Part shown: positions 27,255-40,809 of the stretch, one piece after another
How the letters are laid out: each line of letters starts with the position of its first letter
Numbering within the stretch: the stretch's first letter is position 1
Assembly: GCA_024137785.1 (NCBI GenBank)
Contig: JAHRHZ010000041.1
Span: 25,055,009-25,119,008 of the forward strand
Source of the DNA: Ginglymostoma cirratum
Lineage: Eukaryota
DNA length: 64,000 nucleotides
Direction: 5' to 3'
Position numbers and translations under genes: made by a program
The notes under the pieces: generated by a model
Databases searched by the model: none
The model's input: only the letters and a program-made list of their open reading frames with translations
What the model was told of the DNA's origin: nothing

Positions 27255-27670
27255 GCAAAACCTGTCCACTATGCACAAGGCACAAGCCAGAAATGTAATG
27301 GAATATACCCCATGTAGCTGGGTGATTGCAGCTCCAAAAATGCTCAAGAAGCAAGACAAACCAACCAGTTTGATTTGTATCATATCTAAAACATTCAACA
27401 TTCACTCTCTCCATTATCGACACAGAGTGGTAGCAGTGTGTACCCTTTACAAGATACACTGCAATAAATCACTAAGGATCCTCAGACAATATCTTCCAAA
27501 CCCATATCCTGTACCATCTGGGAGGTGTAGAGACATGGGAACACCACCACCCGCCTATTCTTCTCCAAGTCATGCACACTACCTTTGGTATAAAACTCTG
27601 GAGCTCCCACCCTAATAGGATCGTGGGCGTACTTACAGTGGACTGTGAGGGACTACAGTGGTTGAAGAAT
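27255..27670 (+). mobile_element. CR1/L2-group LINE (second family) fragment nested in CR1
   Basis: ORF 27211-27615: LSTMHKAQARNVMEYTPCSWVIAAPKMLKKQDK...NIHSLHYRHRVVAVCTLYKIHC. Confidence 0.8.
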
Positions 27671-30600
27671 ATATGTACGAATTAATCACTGAGAGTGGCA
27701 GTGCAAGTTGAGAGAATGGTTGAAAAGGGACATGGCCTATTGGCTTTTATAAGAAGAGGCACAGAGTACAGAAGCAGGAGATGTCATGAACCTTTATAAA
27801 AAATAAGGAAGGCCTCAAATGGACTATTGTGTCCTGTTCAAGAAGTCACACTTTAGAAAACTGTAAAGTTTTAGAAAGGGTGCAGCAAAGGTTTATAAGA
27901 ATTATTCCAGGAATGAGAGGCATGATTTATGAGGATAGCTCAGGAAAGGCAGAGTAATTTACCTTTGAGAAGAGAAAGAAGTGAGGAAATTTGAAAGGGA
28001 TTTTCAAAATCCTGAGTAGATAGAGAGAAATTCTTCCAATTGGCAGAGGAGTAGCAAACCAGATGATAGTGATTTAAGGTAGATGACAAAAAAAAATGGC
28101 AACATGAGGCAACTTATTTTTTAATACAACAAGTGATTAGTACCTGGAATACCCTGTCAGAAAAAGTGATGGAGGAGCATTCAATTGTTGTTTTAAAAAG
28201 AAAATTGACAGGAACAAGAAAAGTAAAGATTTTCAGGAATTTAGGGAAATGATAAGCAAGTGAAAACAGCTGAGTTGTTTTTGCAGAGAATGTCCAGAAT
28301 GGACAGAATGAATCAAATGGCCACCTTTTGCAGTTTAACCATTCTATGATTCTGATTATAACTCTCTGGATTGAAGAAGTTCTTCTGAATTCCTTATGTA
28401 CACTCTTGTTGTGAAAGATGCTCTCCGTAAGGCTTGGGTTAAGCCATTACATCGGAACAGAGTCAGGGGGCTTTACTTTGAAGCTCATTACACTTGCCTG
28501 GCCTGGTAACACGGCATTCATAATCCCCTGTAACAGATTGATAAAAACATTCTGCTTGCAATGCTGATGTCCTTCACCCATATGAGCACAAAATTCATTC
28601 TTAAATACTGGAAAGTATCACAGATGCTATAACATTGTCTTTAAAAATCTATTTGAAGCTCTGTAATATAATAGTTGCTTCCTAACTATGTATCCAAATA
28701 TTATATAGCGTATAAACAGTCGTATATTGGTGGTAAATCAGAAAGCCTTGTGTAGACAGATGCATGGTCTGAATATTAGTAACATCATAATAATTAAATG
28801 ATTGAAATTTGATAACATCATAAAACAAATGAGCTGTTATTGATGAATAGTTATTGAATATTATTTGTAACATTTAAACAAAGTGAATTTTGGCTTTTTG
28901 AAATAAATTCTGTTTATGAGAATTTGTTACGAGAGGTCATGTGAAAGTAGGATTACTTCAGTACTAAATTGTACAAAATAGTTGATTGTCTGTTATAATG
29001 AAAAGAAGACTGAAGAAGTCCCTGGTACATCAGAGCGTCAGGATTGAAAAAGAAAGAAACAGAAAAAAAACAGGAAGTAAAACAAGACATTGTGAATAAA
29101 ATGCCTTCCACTGACTGGATTTCAGAGGCCATACTTCTGATGAAAAAGTCAATTGTCTTTTTGCTTCGTTGGAATCTAGATTTATTTTAGACATAGCTTG
29201 TCATTGTCATGCATTTACACTTAGCAATGTATAAACTTTCAGGGCTAAGACACTGCATTTTGGGAAAAAGTTGACACAGATTAAATACACCACCACTACC
29301 TCTACTTAAAATAAATTGTTAAATATATTTAAATTGATACATCAACTAAATGTATGAAGATCTTAATTACTTTATTGTCACCACTTAAAATAACTGCGAA
29401 TGACTGAAGAACACTGAATTATTTTGGTAAGATGTAAATTATATTTTTAAATAGCTTTAATAGAGCAAATGCATTCCTTTAAGGTTAAAAATAATCCTTT
29501 TTTTAAGCAATTGACAGCTGAAACAAGATGCTATAAAACTGCTGCTCCACTCCTGAAATCTTAGGAAATGACACGTCCAAACATGTAATAAAAATTGCTG
29601 GCCTTGTGATTGTGACAGATTACTGTAAATAGACTAATCAATATTTACAATATAGTTATTTTTGTTCGTAACACCACAGTACACAGTTTTACTGCTTGGG
29701 GTGGCACTGAATGAAGGTTAAGCAGGAAGGGGCAGATAATGTTAGAATAGATGGTAGTTGTTCAATTTATCACATTCTCCATACTTGTCAACATCTTAAT
29801 GATCAATCTTGGGTATGACAAAAGACAAAATGTTGACCAGAATTTCTCATGGTACATGGCATCAAACAAATATATGTCAAATTAACTAAAATAGCACTGT
29901 CAAACTAAGAGAAAATAAAATGAGAAAAAATGCATTGTGTTATATATTTTATAAATAAAGTACTATGATTTACAAAGATGAAATTCAGCTAATGGGAGCC
30001 ACATAGAATAATGAAAAATGACATGTAGCAAAGACCAAGTGAGATGGATGCATACAGAGGCCTATAGAAAGTAAGAAATATTTGAGAAAGAGGCAGATTA
30101 CCATCATTTTCTACTCAATATTGACAGCCTCTTCAACCTTCCCATCCCTTTTAGTACTCCAACCGTAGCGTTTCATAAGTTTCTTGAAGAAGTATTTCTC
30201 AGGAGTATGGGAAGTGGTGTGGGAAGTTAGATTGGACACAGAGGATACCTCTGACTTTAATGTGGCAGAGTTGGGCCAAGGAGCTGAATGGCTTATTCCT
30301 TCTCCTCATTCTTATGTGATCCTACAAATAAATTGTTCATTTTTTTTGTCATAAAAAATGTGGTTGCTGTTACGGGCAGGACACATCCTTAGTCTCTTTG
30401 CCAATTCGTGTCATTTCCCAGGGATAAAACAGGTAGAAGACTCACCCTCTCCTTGGCCTCTCATACTGTTCCCTAGAACCACATGCAGGTGTGCCAGAGA
30501 AGAGCATGAGTTGAAGTCATTTGGCCAGTGATTTCCCCTGTCACTTGATGGAGAAGTACGGAGCTTCCTTTGGAAATGGGTGTTGTAAGGTGAATCTTAA

Positions 30601-31679
30601 CCACTGCTCGTCATGTGGTACTGTTCATCTGGTAAATTTCCTGCCACTGTCCTTTCTCCTCCTCGGGATCTATTGGTTTAGTCTAATGTGGTAGGGGAAA
30701 ACTACTTGGTAGTTGAATGTGGATAGACACTTGCCTTAAACAAGATATAGTTTATTGCATGACAGCACCTAGGTACCAGTTACATTAATATGATGGGCAT
30801 GACCCAGACGTGGAGGCAGTTACTTCGTCAAGATCCTAAGCGGTTCTTCCACCAATTTTGTACACAATCACCCATAGAAGGTGTCTGTTAAGCTACTCCT
30901 CAGTACTACCCCTTTCAGACTCTAACACTGTTGTATAACAGTGGATTAGATTGTCAAATGATCAATAGGCATAAATCCACATGATAAAAAATTAATCCTT
31001 TGACATATCATTTTATTTGTTATTGTAACACACATTTACAGGAATGAGTGCAGTTATGGATTCACCTTTTTTGTTCATATCTTCAGTTATTTTCAGCGGT
31101 TTTCCAAATAGAAATTATACAAAAGGCCTGTACTAATATCTAGTTGGTAATGATAATTCAAGTGATGGACTTGTAGAAGGACAATTCCTGATTGACCTGT
31201 ATCATAACTGCTTCAAAAGAAAATGCTGATCTAATGGATGTAATTTTTCCCGTTGCATTGTTAAATATCTCTTCTTCCTCTAGGGCTTTCTCAATTAAAA
31301 TGAATTACTATTTTCCTGATAGATGATATGTTCACATGATTAATGGACATCAAAGAGAAAATGAGGAATTTAAAGGTCACATTAATACAAAAGCAGTTTC
31401 TGGGGGTGAAACTGGTCCCTAGAAGCAGTGCAAAACAGATCTTGGTGAACTATATGTTGATTTTTCATGACAACAATTTTTATTTTCCACTGAGTTGTGA
31501 AACACTGCAAAGATTTTTAACTTCAAAGCAAATCATTCAATGGTAAGACTCGGAAACAAGTCTCCAAAAGTGAGTTGAACTGTGGAAAAACTAATTGTGA
31601 TTAAAAAAAAACTACAAATTGTCACAGACCCATTCTGTGCAGATAGTGTAGATGGTTTCAGCGCTTTTATATTTGTTCT

Positions 31680-33365
31680 CAGGGCTCAATCTTACAGTTT
31701 TTTGGTGAAGTGTGAGCCACGTTGAGTCTGGTGGAATGATTTTCTCTGCAAGGCCGAGCAATTTTTATTGCCTTATTTTACCAAAATTGTTACATTAATT
31801 GATGCTTCAGTCCTTATAGCAAGTAGCAGGCCCAATAGTTACTCCATCTTATAATGCTCCATTCCCACAGCAATTCAGCATTCACAAGAGATTCTGGAAA
31901 TTACTTGTATCCCTGGTAATGGCACCAGATTTAAACAGTTATGGTGCTCCAGGTTAAGGGCGATCAGTCTGGAGCTGCCCTGCACAGTTCCTGACATTTG
32001 CTCTGAACATGGCAAACCGGGGGAAATCAGCTTTACAAGCATGATCCTTGAACTCCTGCGTAGTGAAGTGATACACAGGCCAGACTTTCTCTTCCCCCAG
32101 AATCTGCAAAGGAGGCCACAGCACCAAACCATGCCAATCTGCCCTGAGCTTGTCAAACAACCATCTCAGTTGCCTGGAGGAATGCACAGCCCTGTAGGAA
32201 AAAGGTCAAGGTCCTTCTGCACTCTACCAGGTTACATTTGTCCCTCCAATACCTCACACTCTCTCTACCTCTGCCACTGGACCCATTTCCCACCAAGATG
32301 CATTACGTTCTCTAATGCGTGCAACATCTTCCCTACTTGCCCTCAGCCACTTCAGTCTATGACTCCACTAACCCTTGTATGCCCTCTGCGTGCTCAGTCA
32401 CTATACTCGCTCACTCAGGAAACTCACTCACTTGGGAAACATGCTCATTTGCATTATCAGTAATAGCTGCGCCACTCACTTTTGTCTTCTTTAAAACCTT
32501 CCGCTCTTTCATTCCAAGATTACTGTACTCCACAGTAGGGCAGAAAGAGTCAAAACAGGTGATGTGCTGCCCATTATTTAGGTCTGCACCCCTTATCAGC
32601 AGACGATCCTAACTCTGATCACCCAGGGCAGGGCTTGGACTGGCATAGGAGGCTGTCCTTGGCTTAATGTGCCATGTTTCCCTGAATGAAGGCTGTCCAC
32701 CTTGACTGAACTGAGGCTTACTAATAACTGTGGCAATCTCCCTGGCTTTGTACCTGTGCTAAATGGCATGGCAAGTTAGCAGTAATATTAGCCTGACAGT
32801 TCTGGCTGAGGTGGCAGTGTGCAAAATGACAAGGCACAGCGATGCAAGGCAGGGATGCTGTGAGCACCCAGAGAGGCTCAGAATGAGTGAATACTATGAG
32901 AGCAACTGAAGAGCCTGGAGATGCAGCTTGGCCCAATCCATGAGCTGGTTTTGAGCCCCTGAACACAAAGTGTCCATGCAGCAGCACTACAATGAGAGTT
33001 GCCAATGCAGACTAAAATGCATCATTGAAGCTCAGAAACATTCTATAAGTAGATCAAACATTTGCCATGAAGGTTCATAGAGGATGGCACATGTTTATGG
33101 CCAATATCCATGGATGTCAGGTGTGTGTGGCTGGTGCCCATGGTGTGTGCCCAAGATGTTGGTACATAATGCCCAGCATGAACCTGCTAAGAAGTAGCAT
33201 TAGTTTCTATGCCAAATTTTACTGATGGCTAGTTTGTATGGCAAGATTGGTAGGATAGCAACCAGTGGAGGGTTGGGATGTTAACAAGTCTTTAATAAGC
33301 AGTAAAGAGCATCAAAACGACCTTACAGGAGGGTGGGTTCATCTTGACCCTGTGTAAATTCCCAT
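31680..33365 (+). mobile_element. Harbinger-derived non-autonomous element carrying a decayed Myb/SANT gene
   Basis: From 32009: MANRGKSA / FTSMILELLRSEVIHRPDFLFPQNLQRRPQHQTMP...CRKKVKVLLHSTR, an intron-like C/T-rich stretch, then LHSRAERVKTGDVLP at about 32528-32572. The 3' part is shared with 22366-23300 and 48040-49430. Boundaries approximate. Confidence 0.6.
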
Positions 33366-34764
33366 TGATTTTTGGAGCTGCTAATTTTTACCTAAAGCTT
33401 AACATGGGAATAACCTTCATTTTATTTTAAGCCACTATTTTGAATTGCAGTAAATTTACTGTACGTGTTAAATGAGATTATTGATGAGGAAGGAAGAAAA
33501 TTAGGCAGAAAACTTCTTTTTCCCCCCTATGGAACAGTCTGAGCACAGTCTGCAAGGTTACTTTGCTGCATGTAATGAAAGCCAATGCATTAATCCAGTA
33601 AGTTGTCTCTCCACATAGTGAGTAAAAAATCCAATGCACAAATTTACTAATAGGTATCAGAGTATAAGGGGCTGGATAATTCTGCTTGTAACCATTTTAA
33701 TGCCAACACTTGAGATGACCCCTTAAAGAAGTTTGAATTCAGAACTATGTGGGAGATTTATCTTTCAATGCAGCAAATCGAATATCCTGCTTGACTGATG
33801 CAAACATATGAGTGAGCAGCATTCAGAGCAAATAATATTTAAATTTGTTTTAAAAATATCTGAAACCACTGTGAAATTAATATTAACAGTTTGATTTTCT
33901 GTACAGTAATATCTTTGCAATATTCATTCTGTGCACTGCTTTTGAGAATTCTAATTGCACCCTCTGTGAAGCTCTGCATAAACATATTACCTCGTGTGTC
34001 TGTGACTAACTCGTCACTTTAGAGATTGCTAGAGATTGAAAATTACTATGCGTGACTGAGATGGGCAAAACTGGTTGTGCTAGCAACAGCATCCAAGATG
34101 ATCCTTCTCTGAAGGTTGGGTCAGCAGTTTAAGTCTAGATTCCCTCCTGTGTCTAATTTGTTCATACGCCAAGGTAGTGTGCATTATTTTTAGCCACTAA
34201 CCTTTTCCTTTGATACTTGCAGTTTTTTGATGCTTGATTTTGTGTTATTTTCTGCTTGAATCTGTGACCTTTCAATACTCGTCTCTTTCTGGCAATAACT
34301 CAGGTGATGCTACTGTTACAGAACTCCTTTGGTAGTTGCCCTACTTGTCATTTGGACAGTGAGAGTCGGCAATGTATTTGACTGCGATTAGCAGCGCAGC
34401 TGAACCTGAACCTGTTTTCACCTGATGTCTGCACACATTCCCTGCCAAGAGTCAGTGGAGAGCAATCAGGGAGCCTGGCCAATATTGTCTCTTTCCAAGT
34501 CTGGTGATGTTCCAGACTTTTGCGGGATGGGTGGGAGAACAGGTTAAAACTGGGAGATTTCCTAGTACTAGAAGTGAGGGAGGCAAAATTTGGCAGCAAG
34601 ATGTTTTGTGCTAGAAGTATGCTGGAATTATGCACAACACCATATTGGTCCAAGTGCCTGATAGATATCACTAACAGTGTAATTATGATGAGGCTTCTGC
34701 ACTTTTGTTAAAGTCTGTACATGTTTGAAATGTCATTTCCCTAAAAGAGCCACCAAACATACTT

Positions 34765-34865
34765 TCTGATCAACCTGGTATTACACACCTCAGGAGCAGG
34801 TGGGACTTGAACTCAGGTCTCCTGGCTCAGAGTTAGGGGCATTACCTCTGCACCACAAAAGCCCT
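34765..34865 (-). mobile_element. Short tRNA-derived SINE
   Basis: Reverse complement GGGCTTTTGTGGTGCAGAGGTAATGCCCCTAACTCTGAGCCAGGAGACCTGAGTTCAAGTCCCACCTGCTCC. Confidence 0.7.
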
Positions 34866-37800
34866 ACAAATTACAGTCAGAACAATTTTCTAACAATTCA
34901 TTAATCCAAAGTATTTTTACTTAGTATGTGGTTGGTCATTAAAGGTTTCTCGGTTATTTCTGAGCTATGGTTTTGACAAATGTTGACCTATTCAATACTT
35001 TTCAGTGTGAGTTTATGGAGAGTAAAAGCTGTTTCACAGGGAATTTTCTTGTTCTGAATCAGAATTCTGAGGAGCTTATCCTTAAGGCTCCAAAGTTAGG
35101 AGGTATAGCAGGAAGACAGACTGCAAAAGCTAGCACAGGAAGGTGGTGAAAACAAAGGTGAAAGACATCTCTGCCTAGTCATTAACACTCTGTTTCAGAG
35201 TTCATTGTGATCCCAACAAAGATGCACAAAGAAAGAAGAAGCTAGGGATTTTTCATCAATGCTGAGATTCCTAATATCCAGAGCATCATGCATAGTACAT
35301 GTTCTCAACAGGAAAGACATCCATTCACTTCATTTTCAACCTGTTTGAAACCATAAGTAAGACACAGATCTGTGATGGCTATCCGGGCAGTAGTTGTGAT
35401 ATTTTCATTCTATTATCCTTTCAGGTTTCCTTTCCATTCCTTGCTGCAAAGTCAAAGGTCCTAATGCCAGTTAGACTTTGTGATCCAGGTTCCTTTCATT
35501 AGAAATCCTTCAGTGGACAGATCCAACTCTGATCCCATCCACATTCCTGGAGGTGGGATGCTTTAATCTCAGTGAAAGAGACTCGATAAAAATCTCCTAC
35601 TCAGCTATCCAGGTCCCTGATCCACAAACTGTCCCATTGTAGAGGCAGAGAACAAGTGTTGAAAATTCTGCCCAATGGTTCCACTATCTGAACAGCTCAA
35701 TAGGTGTATCCAGTACCAGCAAACATATGCGTCAAGATTCAGTGATGTTGACTGCACATTCCACAATTTACCATCCAATTCCACAATTGAAAGGGGAGTT
35801 CCATTTGAGCTTCCTGAGACAGAAGACATGAACCAGGAAGATAATCAAGGGAATAAAAAAGCAGAGAAGAGGATATATAGTGATACTGTGAGTTGACAGA
35901 GATGGAAGACAACAAATTCCAGTGGAGAGGTTTTCCTGAACAGTCCCTCTTCTACCCAGAGGACCATCATTTTCTCTTTCCATTTGATACTGACTCTAAC
36001 AAAACAGAAAGCCACGAAAAGAAATTTCTAGTCTGTTACTCCCAATCTATCAATTGTGATTAGCTACCTTGCTGCACAACAAATTGATCTTTGGATCTCT
36101 GGTCTCTAGAGTCTCTGAGTAAGGGGATACAGTACATTGAGGCCAACACCAATTCCAGAGTAAACTAACAAGTTCTGTATGATAACCCATGGTCCCAGTG
36201 CCCTCTCAAAAAGAAAAAAAAAGCTCTCAGCAAGGGTCAGAGTCAGAAAATTTTTAACGGCGGAGGACAGCATTACATCTCAAAAACGCAAACAAGTGTG
36301 TGATATCTTTACTTATTCTGACACCCTGATGGATAATTGATTGATGTACTGTCTTGTTAAAGAGCATCTGAAGGGCAGCCCATCTTTTTGAGCAGCCTAT
36401 CATCAATCAAATTTGAACACATCATGGTAACCAGTCAAGACATTCTTCTTTCATATGTACTTGGTTGACTTCAGTTAACAGATAAGATGAGGGTTATTGT
36501 TAAATGCCCCATGCTGTAAAATAACAAGAAAGAGTAACAAAGAAAGCTCAATTAAGTAGTAAGGGTTAATAAGCAGGTAAAGTTCCCCTTTACAAACCAG
36601 GATATCAGAGATCACAAACATCTCAATTGTCTTCATAAGTGCAACACTGATTGGCTGCCCAGAAATACATGCTCCAGGAATGTTGATTCCATCTTCACAA
36701 TGGGGTTTTCCGTTGCCTCAAATTGTCTCATCCAACGGATTAATTTATGACTGTCACCGTCTTACAGACTGATGGTCCATTCATTCTGGAGTCAATCCTG
36801 CAATTTAGACTTTAGCCCTAGCTGATATTCAAAAGAACAATTCCAATGTGGCATATTAAGTTTTGATTCAAATGCCAATTAAACATCAATGTTATATTAC
36901 CTTAAATTATCCTGTGGGTAGTCCAATAACTGGAATTTTCTTCTTTTTGGATGTAGCGAGAGAGGTAGTGAAAGGGAAAATGGATACATTTTCTCCGGAC
37001 AGAAATTTGAACCTCAGCAATCAAATACTGGGCAAGAAAATTCATGGGCGATTTTCTCAAAATGACAACAATTAAAGTCTTTAAGTGACCTTTTTGTAGC
37101 CAGCCAAGGACTTCAACTCACCACCTCCCCAAATATCTGACTCCTCAATGGGCAAGACTCCAACTTGGGGAAGCATAGTGACCTGTCAAGTTGGGATGTG
37201 GCCCCCATTCTGGGGTAAGCCAAAGGCGTGGGAGGTAGGCATGGAGATGGCCTCTGAAATCCACAGTCCTCCAATGTCTCCCACCCTCCTGCCCCTCTCA
37301 GTGTACACAAAGGAAAACAACTTACCATCTCAGCACTGGGTCCTCTGATTGGCTGGCAGCTTCTAGTGACCTAAGTGAGAGGGCAAAGATACTCAGCCTC
37401 ACTCACCTTACAGCTCCCAATGAGCTGGTTGGTGGACAATCTGGCGACTTACCTCACTGGTTAATCATCACCTCAAGCACTTGTCCCCACATCTTATGAA
37501 AAAAGGAAAATCACATCAAATGGGTCACAAATTGATGTGACCATCAAAATTTGTCCTTGTTCATTTAAATTACCCCACTGTTGGAACACTACACATTGCT
37601 ACAGTTAAGTAGGAGGTTAAAACGGCATTGCCAATCCACGAGGAACATGGGACTCACATGAAAGGGCGCATAACTGGGCATCTCATTAACCAACCAGTTG
37701 AAAAATTTATAATAGGCAGTACAGTGCCTGAATCAGGAAATCTAAATTAGAATAGTGCTTTCAAACTAGACAAATCCAGAAAATGAAACAAAAAGAAGGA

Positions 37801-38999
37801 AAAGGGAGCTTGAATTAGGAGCAAGATATTGTAGAGAGAAAGACTTTTTAAAAAATTGTCTTAAATTTCCAATATTATTAAATTCCTCACCATTGAAAGT
37901 TATGCGTTAGCACAAGAGAGGTTGTTTAGCAATATTTGAGGATTACCACATAATTAAAAAATTACTTAGGCTGGAATCCTATATTTCTGTGGCAATTATA
38001 GTCTGGACCAATGACAGAACAGGACATATAGATCACCTATATGTATACTAAACGGGAGCATTGGCAAGATGCCATTTTTGTGTGCTTTGCAATGGATTGA
38101 CACATCTTGGATAGTAATTTCCAGATTTGCATGCTTAGCTGTGCATGAGGGGTTTGCTACAGGAAGGTGCTGTCTGATTTACAGAGAAATAATTGAGTGC
38201 TGTCAGTTCTGAGTCTCACCATTATTGTTACAGTAACTTTGTCCCATTAACTATAGCTCAGGTTCTACACCAAAAGCCATAGCAGAAAACTAGGAGATTC
38301 TTCGGATGAAAAGTCAAGGGATATTTAAAACCTCTTATAAATCTTAGCCATTTGAACAAAATCAAAAAGTTACACAAAGATCAAATATCTTTCAGAGTAT
38401 CATACTTATCTATATCATGTTTAATTTCCCTGCTTAATGACATTGTAGAATGACTTTAGGTCTTTTAACAGTACAACTCATTGAATACTTTTGAAATACA
38501 GCATTTTTCTCTCAGAATAAAGATGCAAAGGATCTCAGTGGAAAAAACAAACCTCTGTAGTATTTAAGAGCACAAAATAAATGTGTTTGCACGTGCCAGG
38601 GTTTCTGTTATCAAAATAACCCTAGTAGTAATGTAGAAATTCTGTTTTGTCATTCTGTTAGCTATTACCTTGCACAAGAAGTTATTATATTACTTTGCAT
38701 TAACTAGCCCTCCCTCAAGTCAGTTCTGATCAATGCGGTGATAATCAAAGCATGCTGAGTGAAGATTTTCAGGTCTTATTAGTTCCAATGTATAGAAGAG
38801 AAATTGAATGTTAGACTTCAATCCAACTCTTAGCTGATAATTGATCTGCAACTCTCTGGCCCACTTTAATATGTTTCAGTTCCTAATTTGTTCTGTCAGG
38901 CATAAAGACAACAGATGCTTGCAATGATTCTGAAAGGGATGGCAGCTTTTCACATTGTACAAGGGCCATAAATCTTCCTTTGTATTGTGAAAGCTTAGC

Positions 39000-39620
39000 T
39001 GTTTGCACATGTTAAATCGCTAGGAAAATGAAGCAGCAGCCAAAACAGATTTGACGGCAAGCTGAGATAAAGCTGGAAATAGGTTGTAGCATTTTGGTGA
39101 CAATCTGGGTTCAGAGGGGTAGAGAATTTCCATTCTTTTAGAGACACCCCATCTCTAACCTCAAGTTGCCATTTTCTCATATTGTAACGCACAGCGCAAT
39201 TGTCCAATGCCTATTTGATGGCAAGTTTCATTTTTTAATCATTTACACCAGTTAAGACAAGCTTTTGAAGTGAAATCTTTTCAGCTTCATTACAACCAGG
39301 AGATAGCAATGCAATGTCAGTCTCTGGTGACATGTATGGTCCAATAATCTCACCGTAGCAATCAATGCTGTAGTCAGTGATTGACAAATAGCCACTTTGA
39401 AACTCTTTTTCTCTCTCCGAACAGATGAGGTGACACAAGCAAATTGATTTAAAGATTGAAGCAGTTCCTTTGGTTTAGGACTCTCGGCAGCTGAATAAAG
39501 CCTAACTGGTGGTGGGATGCTATCCCTTTGGGTAGAGTGTACGTTTTCCACAATATTGTGCAATTAATTATTGTAACATAACTTCATGAAATGTATTGCC
39601 TGAATGAGATCTCCTGAAAA
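39000..39620. promoter_or_regulatory. Candidate conserved non-coding element
   Basis: Repeat-free. Pbx/Meis-like TGATTGACAA at 39378-39387 and several TAAT/ATTA clusters (e.g. AATTAATTA near 39562). Conservation not tested. Confidence 0.3.
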
Positions 39621-40472
39621 TATTACAAATATTTTTCAGGCCTGGAGTACTGTATTTAAATACAACTGCAGTTGCATTCTGTAATTTTCCTTTCAAAAAT
39701 AAACCAGTCAATAAATCATCTTTGTATGAATAAAACTAATCATCAGAGAGAATACACTAAACAATAAGTTTCAATGTTAATATTGCTTTAGCATGTTTCA
39801 ATCTACTGCAGCTTCTGTTTCCCATGATATCAGTTAAACTCAACTGCAGAGCTCTTAGCTTCATAGTCACTAAAAAAAAAACAAGCCGTGTTGGTTTCCT
39901 TGAGTGTTTGTTGCTGCAGAATGAATGATACCTCAGGGAGGTCTTGCAACTGCTTGTTGACCGTTACATGCTGAAAATCAGCCAAGAAAGTAGCAGAGGG
40001 AAATTAGGTGGGGACCATGGATATCTTTTTGCCCATTTTTTAATTGATGTTTTGGACAGGCATTTAAATGGACTTACAATCCAACCCTCCTACCGAAAAT
40101 ACGTGGCAGGTTGAATATATAACTTGCTACACATATTCATCATTGAATAATTGTAATTGCTTTGGAGGAATGGGTGGAGGATGCAAATCACATATTTATC
40201 TCACCTTGTCCAGGCTTTGTGAGGTAAGGACCAATGATCAATGGTTGGTAAAATTACCATGAGAGGTCAAAAACATGAAACTTTTGATTTGTTAAAATAG
40301 TTTTGTAAGGGTAAGAGTAATATTCACCCATCATTTGCCTCGAAATTCACCCATCCTACTACCAGTTTTTCATTGTTTGCTCCAGGATTCACCTGCCTTC
40401 AATGGCCCCACCAGTCTGGTAGATCTGTACTCATTTACCTGTTCTTAAAGGTAAGCCCCAGTGAATTACCCA

Positions 40473-40724
40473 AAGGAACTGCGGATGCTGTAAATCAGGA
40501 ATAAAAACAAAGTTGGTGGAAAAACTCAGCAGGTCTGGCAACATCTGTGAAGGAAAAAACAGAGTTAACATTTCGGGTTTGGCGACCCTTCCTCAGAATG
40601 GAGCAAGGGTCTGTGGAAGGGTCTGTTCTGAGGAAGGGTCACTGGACCCAAAACGTTAACTCTGTTTTTCCCTTCACAGACGCTGCCAGACCTGCTGAGC
40701 TTTTCCAGCACCTTTGTTTTTGTT
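40473..40724. mobile_element. PLE pLTR-derived fold-back with two hammerhead motifs head-to-head and a 16-bp TSD
   Basis: Minus arm ends CCCTTCCTCAGAA (about 40598). Plus arm starts GTTCTGAGGAAGGGTCACTGGACCC (40625). Flanks CCCAGTGAATTACCCA (40457-40472) and CCCAGTGAATTGCCCA (40725-40740) match 15/16. Confidence 0.88.
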
Positions 40725-40809
40725 CCCAGTGAATTGCCCATTTGACTCATTGAAAATTTTAAATTAAGCCCAAATTAAAATGCCGCAAGTGTCTCCACAT
40801 TCAAAAGAT

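Larger units (their letters stand above)
25740..28355 (+). mobile_element. Long degenerate CR1 LINE ORF2 plus 3'UTR with nested insertions
   Basis: ORF 26881-27099 (FLTYINDLDLGVQGIIPKFTDST, the RT INDL..FADD region), GGACTATTGTGTCCTGTTC (EYCVQF-like) at about 27820, and CR1 tail ACCATTCTATGATTCTGAT at about 28338-28356. Confidence 0.8.

Noticed and set aside
30368-30940. Possible solo LTR (TGTTAC...TAACA)
   Set aside because: The termini fit, but neither candidate end has a matching 4-6 bp TSD, and there is no second copy in the window.
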